A stretch of DNA of 64,000 bases, from NCBI GenBank assembly GCA_963804265.1, contig CAWDPZ010000050.1:12585-76584 (forward strand), given 5' to 3'. Positions 48,125 through 59,764 of the stretch are shown here, piece by piece. The DNA is from an uncultured Acidimicrobiaceae bacterium (GTDB lineage Bacteria; Actinomycetota; Acidimicrobiia; Acidimicrobiales; Bog-793). The notes under the pieces were generated by a model. That model worked only from the letters and a program-made list of their open reading frames with translations. It did no database searches and was not told the DNA's origin. The position numbers and the translations under genes were made by a program. How positions within the stretch are numbered: position 1 is the stretch's first letter; each line of letters begins with the position of its first letter.

Positions 48125-50231
48125 CTAGCGGGACCGAGGGCTCCCGGCAAACACCGGTGGTGCGCTAACCGGTGGCTGAGCGTTCGCTGTGAGCCACGCC
48201 GTGGTCGTCCCGCCCGGCTGCTGTCGCAGTTGGGACAGCCGAGCTCGCCGAGCGCTGCCGGATGCGCCGGGGACGGAGGGTCCCTCGAGGCGGCTCCTGC
48301 GGAGGCGCTCCCAGGGGTGCACGACATAGCAGTAGCGGATGATGTTGTCCCGCGACGGGTCGTCGATGTCCACGACCGACAACCCGAGCCGCCACCCTGC
48401 TCCGCCCCGCGACCAGTCCGGCCGCGCCGACCGCACGACGGCGGTGAGCCGCACGGGCAGCGCCTTGTTCTCGAGACCGGGCAGAGCGAAGGCCACGCCG
48501 AGGCGCGGCTCCTCCTCGACCCGGTCTGCGACGAGAACCGCAACCCCCGAGAGCGAGAGGTCCACGACCCGCCCGTAGGCGCTCTCGCGGCCCTCCTGGG
48601 AGAGGGCCGCCGGCGCGAGGCACGCGAAGCGGAATTGCGCTCCGCCCCTGGCGCCTCTTGAACACCATGCGCAGCGAACGGACGACTCGGTAGAGCTCCC
48701 AGGTTCCGAGCGCCATCGCGAAAGTCGCCGCCCAGGCCGGCAGCGGCCGGGCGCGGACTTCGCCGAGGAGCCCGAGGGCCCGCCAGATGAGGCCACCGGC
48801 GAGCGCCGCGCCGAGGAAGCTCACGAGCCGGAGTCGCCAGAGCGAATGAAGTCCCCCGGCGTCGACGCCCTCTTTCGGCGTGACCTTGAACTTCGTCCGG
48901 GAGGGCACGAGCGCGCACCGCAGCGCCCGGGTGAAGATGGCGGCGGTTATGAGTGTGTAGTGGGAGGATTCGCCCATGCGCAGGTGACCGCGGCAGAGCG
49001 CGCTCGCCGAGACTACGGCGAGCAGCGTCCAGGGCGCCCAGAAGATCCCGAGACTGAGCACGCTCATGTGCGCCGGCAGCACGCCCCCGACGAGGACGAC
49101 GACGACGATGGTGATCATGGCGAGTCGTGACGCTCCCGCCGCGTAGGCGAAGAGACTGCCGAAGTACGAGATCCTCTGGCGCAGCGCGGACCCGACCGGC
49201 GCCTGAGCGGGGACTCCGGCAGGCTGAAGACCGCCAGGTTCCCGTGGGCCCAGCGGTCCCGTTGCAGCAGGTAGCCGTCCATGTCGATCGGCGCGAGCCC
49301 TTGAACGAGCACTTCGTCGTGGTAGCAGGTCTTCCATCCCGCCCTGTGCATCTTGATCGTCGAATGGAAGTCCTCGGCGATCGTCTCTGTGCTCACTCCT
49401 CCCACCTCGAGGAGGGCTCGGCGGCGCAGGAGGGCCGCCGAGCCGCACCAGAAGACCCCGTTGTGCCTGTTCTTGCCGGGCAAACCACCTCGAAGAACAG
49501 GCTCTGCTCGTGCCGGCCGACTTCGTAGTGCTGCGCGGAATCGTGGTTGTAGAAGTCATGCGGGCTCTGGACGAGGGCGACCTTGTCGTCGTCGAAGTAG
49601 CCGACGATCGTGTCCAGGGCGTCGGGGAGAGGGACGTGGTCGGCGTCGAGACAGAAGATCAGCTCGCCGTTCGTGCAGCCGAGGGCGTGGTTGATGTTGC
49701 CCGCCTTGGCGTGAGAGTTGTCCGGGCGGGTCAGCCAGTGGGCACCCCACTCCTCGGCGAGAGCCGCCATCTCCCAGCGGTTCCCGTCGTCGAGGAGATA
49801 GGTCTCATGGGGATACCGGAGAGCCGCACACCCGGCGAGCGTCGCCTCGACCACGTCGAGGGGCTCGTTGTAAGTGGCCACGAAGACGTCGATGCTGCGC
49901 CCGGGCGTGGCGGGGGGACGCGCCGGCTCGGACCAGCTCCACCCGTAGAAGGCGAGAAAGGCGAGCGAGACGAAGTTGTAGAGCTCCACGAGCCAGAGGG
50001 CGTAGAACGCCGCCGGGCTGACCCCCCGGCCGTCTCGATCAGCCGCCAGGCGAGGTAGACCGTTCCCCACGTGAGGGCCAGGACGGCGATCGTGCGCAGC
50101 ACGGCGGGGTGCCCCTCCCACCGGCGACCCCAGCGTGTCTGCGGCGCTCTCGTCGCCCGCCAGTCCTCGGCTCCCCCCGTCATGAGGAGCAGTTCGTCGC
50201 TACCTGTTGGCGTGTGTCCCATTCGGTTCAT
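48125..50231 (-). CDS. Cellulose synthase-like GT2 glycosyltransferase with C-terminal PilZ domain (several frameshifts)
   Basis: VATYNEP, LLDDG, HAKAGNIN, DADH, VQSPHDFYN, FWCGS, IAEDF, QRDRW, FKVTPK; PilZ motifs RRQGR and DLSLSG. Confidence 0.88.
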
Positions 50232-50347
50232 CCCGAAAGAACCTGATCGGCTCAGAAGGCGATCAACTGATCACTATGAGTGACATTTCACCCGGAGGAT
50301 CACCCGGCCCGACCACCCCCCGTGGTCGAACGGCCGGAACGAGGCAG

Positions 50348-51388
50348 CTAGAGCCCGAGCGCGCGAAGCACCGAGCCGAGGTCGGCGTCGACGACGTCGG
50401 GCACGATCGCCTGGCTGATGGCGAGATCCGGGTCCTTTAGACCGTGGCCCGTCAGCACGCACACGACCGTCGAGCCTTTGGGCACCCCGATCTTCAGCAA
50501 ACCGGCGACCGAGGCCGCCGAGGCCGCCTCGCAGAAGACGGACTCCTCGGTGGCGAGAAAGCGATAGGCCTCGAGGATCTCCTCGTCTGTCACCGCGTGT
50601 ATGCCGCCACCGGACTCTGACGCCGCGGCCGTCGCCCCGTACCACGAGGCAGGGTTGCCGATGCGGATCGCCGTCGCGATCGTCTCGGGCTCGGCGATCG
50701 GATGGCCGGCGACGATCGGGGCCGCACCGGCGGCCTGAAAGCCGAGCATCCTCGGGAGCCTCGTGGAGCGGCCGGCGTGGCGGTATTCGCAGTAGCCGCG
50801 CCAATAGGCGGTGATGTTGCCGGCGTTGCCGACCGGGATGCAGTGCACCTCGGGAGCATCGCCGAGCCGGTCCACGATCTCGAAGGCGCCGGTCTTTTGA
50901 CCCTCGATGCGGAACGGGTTCACGGAGTTGACGACCGCGACCGGTGCGCGCCGTGGCAGCTCGCGGACGATCTCCAGGGCGACGTCGAAGTTGCCCCGCA
51001 CCTGCAGCACGTGCGCACCGTGGACGAGAGCCTGGGCCAGCTTTCCGAGGGCGATGTGCCCCTCGGGGATCAGCACTGCGCAGCTCATGCCGGCCCGGGC
51101 GGCGTAGGCGGCCGCCGAGGCCGAGGTGTTGCCCGTCGAGGCGCAGACGACGGCTTTGGTGCCTTCTTCGGCGGCCTTCGAGATGGCCATCGTCATGCCC
51201 CGGTCCTTGAAGGACCCGGTCGGGTTCGCGCCTTCCAGCTTCAAGAAGACGTCCGCCCCGAGCCGCTTGGAAAGCCTGGGCGCAGCCAGCAGCGGCGTCG
51301 AGCCCTCGAGGAGCGTCACGACAGGTGTCGCTTCCGAGACCGGGAGGAATTCCCGGTACTCCTCGATCACCCCTTGCCAGGCTCTCAT
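50348..51388 (-). CDS. thrC: Threonine synthase
   Basis: [45 protein letters not shown]. Confidence 0.97.
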   Translation of the reverse strand: MRAWQGVIEEYREFLPVSEATPVVTLLEGSTPLLAAPRLSKRLGADVFLKLEGANPTGSFKDRGMTMAISKAAEEGTKAVVCASTGNTSASAAAYAARAGMSCAVLIPEGHIALGKLAQALVHGAHVLQVRGNFDVALEIVRELPRRAPVAVVNSVNPFRIEGQKTGAFEIVDRLGDAPEVHCIPVGNAGNITAYWRGYCEYRHAGRSTRLPRMLGFQAAGAAPIVAGHPIAEPETIATAIRIGNPASWYGATAAASESGGGIHAVTDEEILEAYRFLATEESVFCEAASAASVAGLLKIGVPKGSTVVCVLTGHGLKDPDLAISQAIVPDVVDADLGSVLRALGL

Positions 51389-51398
51389 GCGGGGCCGT

Positions 51399-52736
51399 TC
51401 AACGTTCCGGCCCGATGACCCGGAGCAAGGCTCCGACCCGAGCGACGACGTCGAGCTCCGCGAGCGAGGCCAAGGTCGCCTGCACATCGGCCTCGCGGGC
51501 GGTGTGGGTGATGAACACCAGTCGGGCCCCGTCGCCGAGGCCGATCTGCTCCATGGAACGGATCGAGACGTGGTGCTCCCCGAACACCCGCGCCACCGAC
51601 GCCAGCACGCCCGGCTGGTCCTTCACGTCCAAGGCGAGGTAGTACTGCGTGGACAGCGTCGAGATGGAGGCGATCTCCACCCGCTCGCGGCGAACGGCCC
51701 GGCCTCTCATCTCCTCCTTGAGGTGGTGCGCGGCCGCGACCACGTCGCCGAGCACGGCGCTCGCCGTCGCCATGCCGCCGGCGCCGCGGCCGTAGACCAT
51801 GAGCTCGCCCGCGCTGTCCCCCTCGATGAACACGGCGTTGAAAGCCCCGCGCACGCTGGCGAGGGGATGGTCATGGGGGACCATGGCGGGATGGACGCGC
51901 ACCGCGACGGCGGAGCTGTGAGCGTCGCTGACTCGCTCGGCCACGGCGAGGAGCTTGACCGCGTAACCGAGCTTGTGGGCAAAGGCGATGTCGGACGCGC
52001 CGATCGCCGTGATCCCCTCGGTGTAGACGTCGGTGGCGACCACATCCGCGTCGAAGGCGATCCCGGCCAGGATGGCGGCCTTCGCCCGGGCGTCGAAGCC
52101 CCCGACGTCGGCGCTGGGATCGGCTTCGGCGTAGCCGAGCGCTTGTGCCTCCGCGAGCGCTGTGGCGTACTCGCAGCCTTCGTCGCTCATGGAGGTGAGC
52201 ATGTAGTTGGTGGTGCCGTTCACGATCCCCATCACGCGGACGATCCGCTCTCCCGCCAGAGAGTCGTTGAGGAGCCGGACGAGCGGGATCGCCCCCGCCA
52301 CCGAGGCCTCGTAGAACAGGTCGACGCCGACCTTCTCGGCCGCGGTCAGGAGCTCGGCGCCGTGGGTGGCGAGCAGCTCCTTGTTGGCGGTGACGACGGG
52401 CTTGCCGGCCGAGAGCGCCGCCAGCACCAGGCTGCGGGCCGGTTCGATGCCGCCGACAAGCTCCACGACGACGTCGACCTCGGGGTCGCAGACGACGGCC
52501 GAGGCGTCGCCGGAGAGACGCCCGCCCGAGTCGGCGACGGCCTGGCCCGGCCTCTGCTTGCCCACGTCCCTGACTGCGATGCAGGTCACGCGGATCTCGA
52601 GGCCGGTGCGGAGCGCGATCGCCTCAGCTTGTGAGTCGATCAGCTTCGTGAAAGCCGCCCCGACATTGCCGTAGCCCAGGAGCCCGACGCGCACGACGTC
52701 GGTGCCCCCCCGCCTGCTCAACTCAGAGTCGCCCAC
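51399..52736 (-). CDS. hom: Homoserine dehydrogenase (with ACT domain)
   Basis: [42 protein letters not shown]-terminal ACT D.PGVLA. Confidence 0.97.
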   Translation of the reverse strand: MGDSELSRRGGTDVVRVGLLGYGNVGAAFTKLIDSQAEAIALRTGLEIRVTCIAVRDVGKQRPGQAVADSGGRLSGDASAVVCDPEVDVVVELVGGIEPARSLVLAALSAGKPVVTANKELLATHGAELLTAAEKVGVDLFYEASVAGAIPLVRLLNDSLAGERIVRVMGIVNGTTNYMLTSMSDEGCEYATALAEAQALGYAEADPSADVGGFDARAKAAILAGIAFDADVVATDVYTEGITAIGASDIAFAHKLGYAVKLLAVAERVSDAHSSAVAVRVHPAMVPHDHPLASVRGAFNAVFIEGDSAGELMVYGRGAGGMATASAVLGDVVAAAHHLKEEMRGRAVRRERVEIASISTLSTQYYLALDVKDQPGVLASVARVFGEHHVSIRSMEQIGLGDGARLVFITHTAREADVQATLASLAELDVVARVGALLRVIGPER

Positions 52737-52763
52737 GCCCCCAAAGGTACAAGACGGGCGCGC

Positions 52764-54133
52764 TCAGGCCTCGAGGGCGAGCAGGTCGGCGACCGTCTCA
52801 CGCCGGACGACGACGCGCCAGGTGCCTCCGGAGACGAAGACGACCGGTGGGCGCAGCACCCGGTTGTAGTTGGAGGCCATCGAGTACCCGTAGGCACCGG
52901 TGACCGGAGTGGCCACGAGGTCGCCCACGGCGAGGTCCGACGGCAGGCGGGCGTCGTCGACGATCACGTCGCCTGACTCGCAGTGCTTGCCGACGAGCCG
53001 GGCGGCGAGCGGCCTCGACGCGAGCGGGGCGCGGGGCAAGAACGCCTCGTACCCGCTGCCGTAGAGCACCGGCCGGGGGTTGTCCGACATACCCCCGTCG
53101 ACGGCGACATAGGTGCGCAGGCCCGGGAGTCGCTTGATCGTGCCGACCCGGTACAAGGTCACGGCGGCGGCGGCGGCGATGGCCCGACCCGGCTCGGCGC
53201 TGAGGCGCACCTCGGGCGGCAGGCCGGCCAGCGACGCGGCGGAGTGGACCGCCCTTGCCCACTCGGTGAGGGACGGCGCCGCCTCGCCCTCGACATAGGC
53301 CACACCGAGGCCACCGCCGATGCAGCACTCGCAAAGCCCGTTCTCGACCACGAACGGGGCGAGGGCGGCGATCTCGGCCTCGAAGGCGGAGTCCTCGAAG
53401 ATCTGGCTGCCGATGTGGGCGTGCACGCCCACGAGGTCGAACCCGCGGCAGACGCCTGAGGGCGCCGACCGCCTCGGCCGCCGCCCCTGAAGCCAACGAG
53501 AAACCGAACTTCGTGTCCTCCTGACCCGTCCTCACGTACTCGTGGGTGTGCGCCTCGATGCCCGGGCGTCACCCGCACGAGCAGCCGGGTGGGGCTGCCG
53601 CCCGGTGCCGAGCTCCGTCCGGGACCGCTCATGGCCTCGAGACGACCTATCTCGTCGAAGGAATCGACGACCAGGCGCCCGACCCCGGCGCTGAGGGCGG
53701 CGGAAAGCTCTTCGGACGACTTGTTGTTGCCGTGGAAGACGAGGCTCTCACCGGTTGCCCCGCCGGCGAGGGCGACGGCGAGCTCGCCCGCGGTCGAGAC
53801 GTCGAGGGACATGTGCTCTTCCAGGGCGAGCGCCGCCATCGCCTTGCACAAGAAGGCCTTCGTCGCATAGGCGACGCCGGGGCCGAATCCGGCCACCGCC
53901 TCGCGGCAGCGCGCCCGTAGCTGGTCCTCGTCGTAGACGAAGACGGGAGTTCCCACCTCCTCGGCAAGCTCCACCAGATCGACCCCGCCGATGCTCAGGT
54001 GCCCGTCGGCGCCGACGCTGCTCGAGTCGGGCAGAAGGCTCCACTGGATCGGCCCCTCGGACGGCAGGCCCCGCCCGGTCGGTTCGGTCCCGGACCTCGA
54101 CGGGGCCCCGGAGTTCGACTGGTCGGCGGTCAC
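52764..54133 (-). CDS. lysA: Diaminopimelate decarboxylase (frameshifted)
   Basis: [64 protein letters not shown]. Confidence 0.96.
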
Positions 54134-55773
54134 ATCTCGTCCGGAGCGCGGACCCCGAGCAGGCCGAGCGCGATGGCCAGCCCGATCCTCACCCCGTCCA
54201 CGAGCCAGAGCCGGGCCTGGGTGAGCTCGGGCGGGATCTCCTCGGCGAGGATCCGGCAGTCGTGGTAGAAGCCGTGGAACTCGCCCGCGAGCAGGCGGAC
54301 CCAGTTCGTCACCTTGTGAGGCGCCCTTTCCTTGGCGGCCTCGGCGACGACGCGGGGAAGGTCGACGAGGCAGCGCATCAGCTCGAGCTCCCTGTCGTGG
54401 ACGAGCAGGGACAGGTCCGCGGCCGCGATCGGGACGCGCTCGATGCCCCGCTCGACCCGCCTCCGGTCGATCGAGGCGATGCGGGCATGGGCGTACTGCA
54501 CGTAGAACACGGGGTTCTCCATCGACTGGCTCTTCATGAGCTCGAGGTCGACCGTCGTCGCCTGGTCCACCGAGTTGAGCAGCGAGAGCAGCCTGGTCGC
54601 GTCCGGCCCGAGCTCATCGATGAGCGAGTCGAGCTTTATGTAGTTGCCCGCACGCTTGGACATGCGACCGCCGACCACGCTCACGAGCTGGCCCAGCCGG
54701 ATCTCCAGCCTCTCCGGGTCTATGCCGAGGGCCGCCACGCCGGCCTTGAGGCTGGCCACCTGGCCGTGGTGGTCGGCTCCGAACACGTCGATGACCCGGT
54801 CGAACTTGCGGACGAGGAACTTGTCGCGGTGGTAGGCGAGATCCCCGGCGATGTAGGTGGCGTCGCCGTTCGACTTGACGAGCACGCGGTCGCGGCTGTC
54901 ACCTACCTCGGTGGACCGCAGCCAGACCGCCCCGTCCTCCTCGTAGACGAGGCCCCGCTGGCGCAAAAGCGCGATGGTCTCGGCCACCTGGGCGCTCTCC
55001 TCGATCGAGGCCTGCGAGTACCACTCGTCAAAACAGATGTCGAGGCGGGCGAGAGTCGCCTTGATGTTCTCGAGGATCCGGTCGCTGGCGAAGCGCCCGG
55101 CTTGCACGACGTCGTCCGGGCCGTCGTAGTTGCCGGCGAGCTCTGTGACGTACTCGCCCTGGTAGCCCTCGTCCGGCACGACGTCGCCGCGGCGGCGGGC
55201 GAGCAGGCTTTCGCCGAGCAGCCGGATCTGGCCACCGGTGTCGTTGATGTAGTACTCACGTTTCACGTCCCAGCCGCAGCGGCTCATGACGCGGCCGAGG
55301 GCGTCCCCGTAAGAGCCGAGCCAGCCGTTGCCGACGTGCAACGGCCCTGTCGGGTTGGCGGACACGAACTCGATCTGGACACGTTCCCGGGCTCCGATCG
55401 CCGGGGTGGCGTAGCCCTCCTCGCCCTGTTCCACGACCTCCACCAAGGCCTTGTGCAACCAGGAGGAGGCGAGTTTGAAGTTGACGAATCCGGGCCCGGC
55501 CACCTCGACGTCGAGCAGGTCGTCGATCCCCGCCGCCGCGAGCGCGGAGGCAAGCTCGGCGGCGAGCTCGCGGGGCGGCCGCCCGGCGAGCTTGGCCGCG
55601 ACGAGGGCGACGTTGGTCGACCAGTCGCCGTGCTCGGGGCGCGCGGGACGGACGAGCTGGACGAGCGCCGCGTCAATCGGGACCTGGAGGGTCCCGAGGG
55701 CGGCGACGATCGCGTCCGAGAGCTGCTGCCTGTTGTCATTGGAGTCCGAGGATGGCCGAAGTCCCGCTAGCAT
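54130..55773 (-). CDS. argS: Arginine--tRNA ligase
   Basis: HGDWSTN, AGPGFVN, EFVSANPTGPLHVG, FGADHHG, MSKRAG, NPVFYVQYAHAR. Confidence 0.97.
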   Translation of the reverse strand: MLAGLRPSSDSNDNRQQLSDAIVAALGTLQVPIDAALVQLVRPARPEHGDWSTNVALVAAKLAGRPPRELAAELASALAAAGIDDLLDVEVAGPGFVNFKLASSWLHKALVEVVEQGEEGYATPAIGARERVQIEFVSANPTGPLHVGNGWLGSYGDALGRVMSRCGWDVKREYYINDTGGQIRLLGESLLARRRGDVVPDEGYQGEYVTELAGNYDGPDDVVQAGRFASDRILENIKATLARLDICFDEWYSQASIEESAQVAETIALLRQRGLVYEEDGAVWLRSTEVGDSRDRVLVKSNGDATYIAGDLAYHRDKFLVRKFDRVIDVFGADHHGQVASLKAGVAALGIDPERLEIRLGQLVSVVGGRMSKRAGNYIKLDSLIDELGPDATRLLSLLNSVDQATTVDLELMKSQSMENPVFYVQYAHARIASIDRRRVERGIERVPIAAADLSLLVHDRELELMRCLVDLPRVVAEAAKERAPHKVTNWVRLLAGEFHGFYHDCRILAEEIPPELTQARLWLVDGVRIGLAIALGLLGVRAPDEM

Positions 55774-55792
55774 GCAACCCGCACCCCAACAA

Positions 55793-55864
55793 GCCCTCGT
55801 AGCTCAGGGGATAGAGCATCGGCCTCCGAAGCCGGGTGCGCAGGTTCGAATCCTGCCGAGGGCG
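55793..55864 (+). tRNA. tRNA-Arg (CCG)
   Basis: GCCCTCG/CGAGGGC acceptor stem, D arm GCTC-AGGGGATA-GAGC, anticodon arm TCGGC-CT CCG AA-GCCGG, T arm GCAGG-TTCGAAT-CCTGC; divergent from argS. Confidence 0.96.
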
Positions 55865-56132
55865 CTTCTGCTTCTGCGGACCGGCCGAGGGATCGAACTG
55901 GAGCCGGGGGTCAACCGGCTCGCTTTCGAGGGCGAGGACGCCGAAGACGCACTCGTGCACCCTATAGAGCGGTTCGTGCGCGACGAGGCGGTCCAGGGCT
56001 TCGGTCCCGAGGCCGAATTCGGGCCGCGAGGCACGACTTCGCTGCCCGCTCGTGCCCGGGGTAGCGTCTTGTTCGAGCGGCTGGCCTGACCAGCCGGCTG
56101 CACGCCAACCATCCAGAAGAGGCTCCCCCCAA

Positions 56133-56898
56133 ATGAGCACAGCCACCCGGGTGATCCCCGCCGAGCTGACGGTGAGCGACGTCGCCGGGATGATCGACCA
56201 CTCGCTTCTTCGCCCAGAGCTCACCGATGACGATGTCCGCGCGGGCTGCGAGCTCGCCGACCGGTACGGCACGTGGTCGGTCTGCGTGAGACCGGCCGAC
56301 GTCGCCTCGGCGACAGGGCTCCTCGCGGGCTCGAAGGTCGTCGTCGGGACCGTCGTCGGCTTCCCGCACGGCGACTCGATGACCGAGACGAAGCTGTTCG
56401 AGACGCGCCGGGCCCTCGACGAGGGCGCGCGGGAGATCGACATGGTCATCAACATCGGAGCCCTCCGCAGCGGACACCTCGCCTACGTCGAGGACGAGGT
56501 CGGCCGGATCGTCGAGGTCGCCCACGCCGCGCGCAGACTTGGTCAAGGTGATCCTCGAGAACGCCTACCTCGACGACCGTCAGATAGTCGGAGCCAGCAG
56601 GCTCGTCGAAGGCGCCGGCGCTGATTTCGTCAAGACCTCGACCGGCTTTGCTCCCGGCGGGGCGACGGTGCACGACCTGCTCCTCATGGCCGGGGCGACC
56701 TCCCCGAAGGTCCGGATCAAGGCGGCCGGAGGGGTCCGCACCTTGGACAGGCTGCTCGAGCTCGTCGCCATCGGGGTCACACGATTCGGAGCCACGGCGA
56801 CGGCGGCCATGCTGGACGAGGCCACCGAGCGAAGCGCCGAAGGCAAGCATCTCCTGGTCCCAGCCGCGCCCGTGGACGAGGTCCTCGCCCCGGCGTGA
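56133..56898 (+). CDS. deoC: Deoxyribose-phosphate aldolase (frameshift ~56535)
   Basis: IDHSLLRP, SVCVRP, VVGFPHG, EIDMVIN, VKVILE, FVKTSTGF, KAAGGVR. Confidence 0.95.
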
Positions 56899-56965
56899 CC
56901 GACCGGGACCGGCCCGTTGCGAGTAGAACCTCCTGAGGAGCTCGAACCACCAGAGCGGAGCCAGG

Positions 56966-58120
56966 ATGGTCCCGGAGCGAGGTCACCACGATGAGCCGGG
57001 GACACCCGTGGTGAGGCGCGCCCTTTTGGTCCAGTACCGGGTGATGGCCTACACGACGGCCGTCCTGCTCATCATCCTCGTCTTTGTGGGCGTACCTCTC
57101 CAGCTCGCGGCCGGCCAGCGCGGGGTGGTGAACGTGGTGGGCACCATGCACGGCTTCTTGTACATCGTCTACCTGCTCACAGCCTTCAGGCTGACGTTCA
57201 AGCTGCGCCTCCCGCTCTGGCAGACGGCCCTGGTGCTGCTGGCCGGGACGGTCCCGTTCGCGGCCTTCGTCGCGGAGCGCAAGATGTCGAGACGCTTCGA
57301 GGCCGCTGCGGGCAAAGCACCGGCCGACTCGGCTGACCGCTCCCGGAAGGACCGGAGCGCCCGGGCGGCCTCTGTTCGCAGGCGCTGGCTGTCCCGTCGG
57401 GCCCTGCTCTTGCACCTCGAGGTCGCCGTCGTCGCCCCCGGCTGCGCCGTGGCGGGTTGGTGGCAGGCGACCCGAGCCCTGTCGGGCAACGGGCTCAGCT
57501 GGTTCTACTCCGTCGAGTGGCCCGTGTTCGCCCTGCTTGCCGTCTGGGGCTGGTGGCACCTGCTCCACGAGGACCCCGATGCCTACCGCCGACGAAAGGC
57601 TCGTCCCGGAGAGGGCCAAGAGGAGACGACGGTCGAGTCCTCGTCACGGGCCGGGTCCGGTCGCGAGGACGAGGGCGTGGGCGACGGCGGGCTCGACGGC
57701 TCGACCGTAAGGCTGGCGCGGGCGCTCGTCGCCCTTCTGGCGGCGGAGTTCGTGCTCGGGATCGCGGCCGTCGTCGTCATCCCCTTCAGCCGGCCGGGCG
57801 GCTGGGTACCGGCCAAGGGGGCCGCGGTCTACGCCGCCCACGCCAGCTTGGGCGTGGTCGCCGTCCTCGGGGCGATCGCCCTTCTCGTCCGCCTGCGCGG
57901 CGCGCCGCACACGGCACACGTCGTGGGATGGCTGGGACTGGTCAGCCTCGTCGTCGCCGGCGCCGGCGGTCTTCTCACCGAAGCCCGCTCGACCGTCAGG
58001 TTCTTCGGGATGGCGCTGATGCTGATCGGCACAGCCTTCGCAGCCTTCGCCTACATGGTCCCGACATTGCTGAGCTCGCGTAGGACCTCGCCCTCAGCCG
58101 GACCGGAGTCCCTCGGCTGA
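56966..58120 (+). CDS. Multi-module membrane protein with N-terminal DUF3817
   Basis: YRVMAY.TA..L...HG.LY..YL..AG.VPF..F..ER (DUF3817); then WWQ..RA..GN.LSW.Y..EWP.F; then four further TM helices. Confidence 0.75.
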   Translation: MVPERGHHDEPGTPVVRRALLVQYRVMAYTTAVLLIILVFVGVPLQLAAGQRGVVNVVGTMHGFLYIVYLLTAFRLTFKLRLPLWQTALVLLAGTVPFAAFVAERKMSRRFEAAAGKAPADSADRSRKDRSARAASVRRRWLSRRALLLHLEVAVVAPGCAVAGWWQATRALSGNGLSWFYSVEWPVFALLAVWGWWHLLHEDPDAYRRRKARPGEGQEETTVESSSRAGSGREDEGVGDGGLDGSTVRLARALVALLAAEFVLGIAAVVVIPFSRPGGWVPAKGAAVYAAHASLGVVAVLGAIALLVRLRGAPHTAHVVGWLGLVSLVVAGAGGLLTEARSTVRFFGMALMLIGTAFAAFAYMVPTLLSSRRTSPSAGPESLG

Positions 58121-58139
58121 GCCCGGGCCCCTGGCGGTG

Positions 58140-59735
58140 CTAGGCGTGAGCCGGGACCGGCCCGCCGTCGTCAGCAGGCCCGGCGAGCCCCACGCCCGCC
58201 ATCATCATCCCGATGTCCCCACGCGTGTCCACACGTGGATCAGCCGACCCGATGATCCGACCCTCGTACATCACGAGAACCCGGTCGCAGATCGTCATGA
58301 TCTCGTCGAGGTCCTCGGAGATGATGAGGACGGCGGTCCCGGCGTCACGTTGGGCCACGAGCCGTTCGTGGATGTAGCGCGTCGGCGCCGACGTCGATCC
58401 CCCTCGTGGGCTGGGCGACGAGCAATACCTGCGGTCTGCCCGACAGCTCACGGGCCATGATCAGCTTTTGGATGTTCCCCCCGGACAGATTCCTCGCGGG
58501 CGTCTCGAGCGACGGCGTCCTGACGTCGAACTGTGTGATCAGCTCCTGGCAGTGACGGCGGATGGCGCCCCTGCGGAGGAACCCGAGGCGTGAGTACCTC
58601 TGGTCCCGTGTTCTCCACGAGGAGCAGGTTCTGCGCCACCGAGAACTCGGGCACGACGCCGTCGCGCATGCGCTCCTCGGGCACGTACGCGAGCCCCGCC
58701 GCGCGGGCGTCGGCGGGCTTGGCCCCCGCCAGCTCTGCGTCCCCCAGCCGGATGGAGCCGCCGAAGGGCGCACGGATACCGGCAATGGCCTCGGCGAGCT
58801 CGCGTTGGCCGTTGCCCGAGACCCCGGCGATCCCGACGATCTCGCCCCCGCAGACATCGAGCGAGAGCTCCCGGACCGCCTCGGTCCCGCGGTCGCCCTT
58901 CACACGGAGAGTCTTGACGGAGAGTCGCACCTCGGCCGCCGAACCCTTGGCGGTCTGGCTCTCCAGGGCGACCGTGCGGCCGACCATCAGCTCGACGAGA
59001 CGTTCCCGGGTGGCTTCCGCGGCTTGGATCGTGCCGACGTTGCGACCGCCTCGCAGCACGGTCATGCGGGCCGAGATCGCGAGCACCTCGTGGATCTTGT
59101 GGGAGATGAACACGAGTCCCCGACCGCCATCGGTCATCTGCCGCAGGACCACGAACAGCTCGTCCACCTCGCGCGGCGTCAGCACCGCCGTCGGCTCGTC
59201 GAGGACGAGCAGCGAGACGTTGCGATAGAGGGCTTTGATTATCTCGACTCTTTGCCGCTCGCCGACCGACAGCTGCCAGATGATGGCCTGCGGGTCGACG
59301 TTGAGCCCATAGGTCTCGGCAAGCTCGCGGATCCTCGCCGACACCCGCCCCAGGTCGGTCAGGGGACCACGCTGCGACTTCTCCCCGAGCGCGACGTTCT
59401 CCGCCACTGTCAAGGTGTCGACCAGCATGAAGTGCTGATGGATCATCCCAATGCCCTGGCGGATCGCATCGGCGGGCGACAAGATGGTGATCCGCTCGCC
59501 GTTCATCTCTGATCTCGCCCTCGTCGGGCCGGTACAGGCCGTAGAGCACGCGCATGAGGGTGCTCTTGCCGGCGCCGTTCTCACCGAAGAGGGTGTGGAT
59601 CTCTCCTCTGCGGACTTCGAAGTCCACGTGATCGTTGGCGACCACCCCGGGGAAGCGCTTGGTTATGCCGGTCATCTGGAGGAGAGGAATCTCCTCGAGG
59701 TCTGGTCCGGCTGGCGGGGTGGTCACCACGATCAT
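58140..59735 (-). CDS. Nucleoside/sugar ABC transporter ATP-binding protein (two ATPase domains; frameshifted)
   Basis: [61 protein letters not shown]. Confidence 0.92.
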
Positions 59736-59764
59736 CTTTCCTGTCTTGTGTGTCGACCAGTCAG

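Noticed and set aside
55774-55792. T-box or other leader for argS-lysA
   Set aside because: Only about 20 nt separate the called argS start from the divergent tRNA, leaving no room, and no T-box motif is visible.
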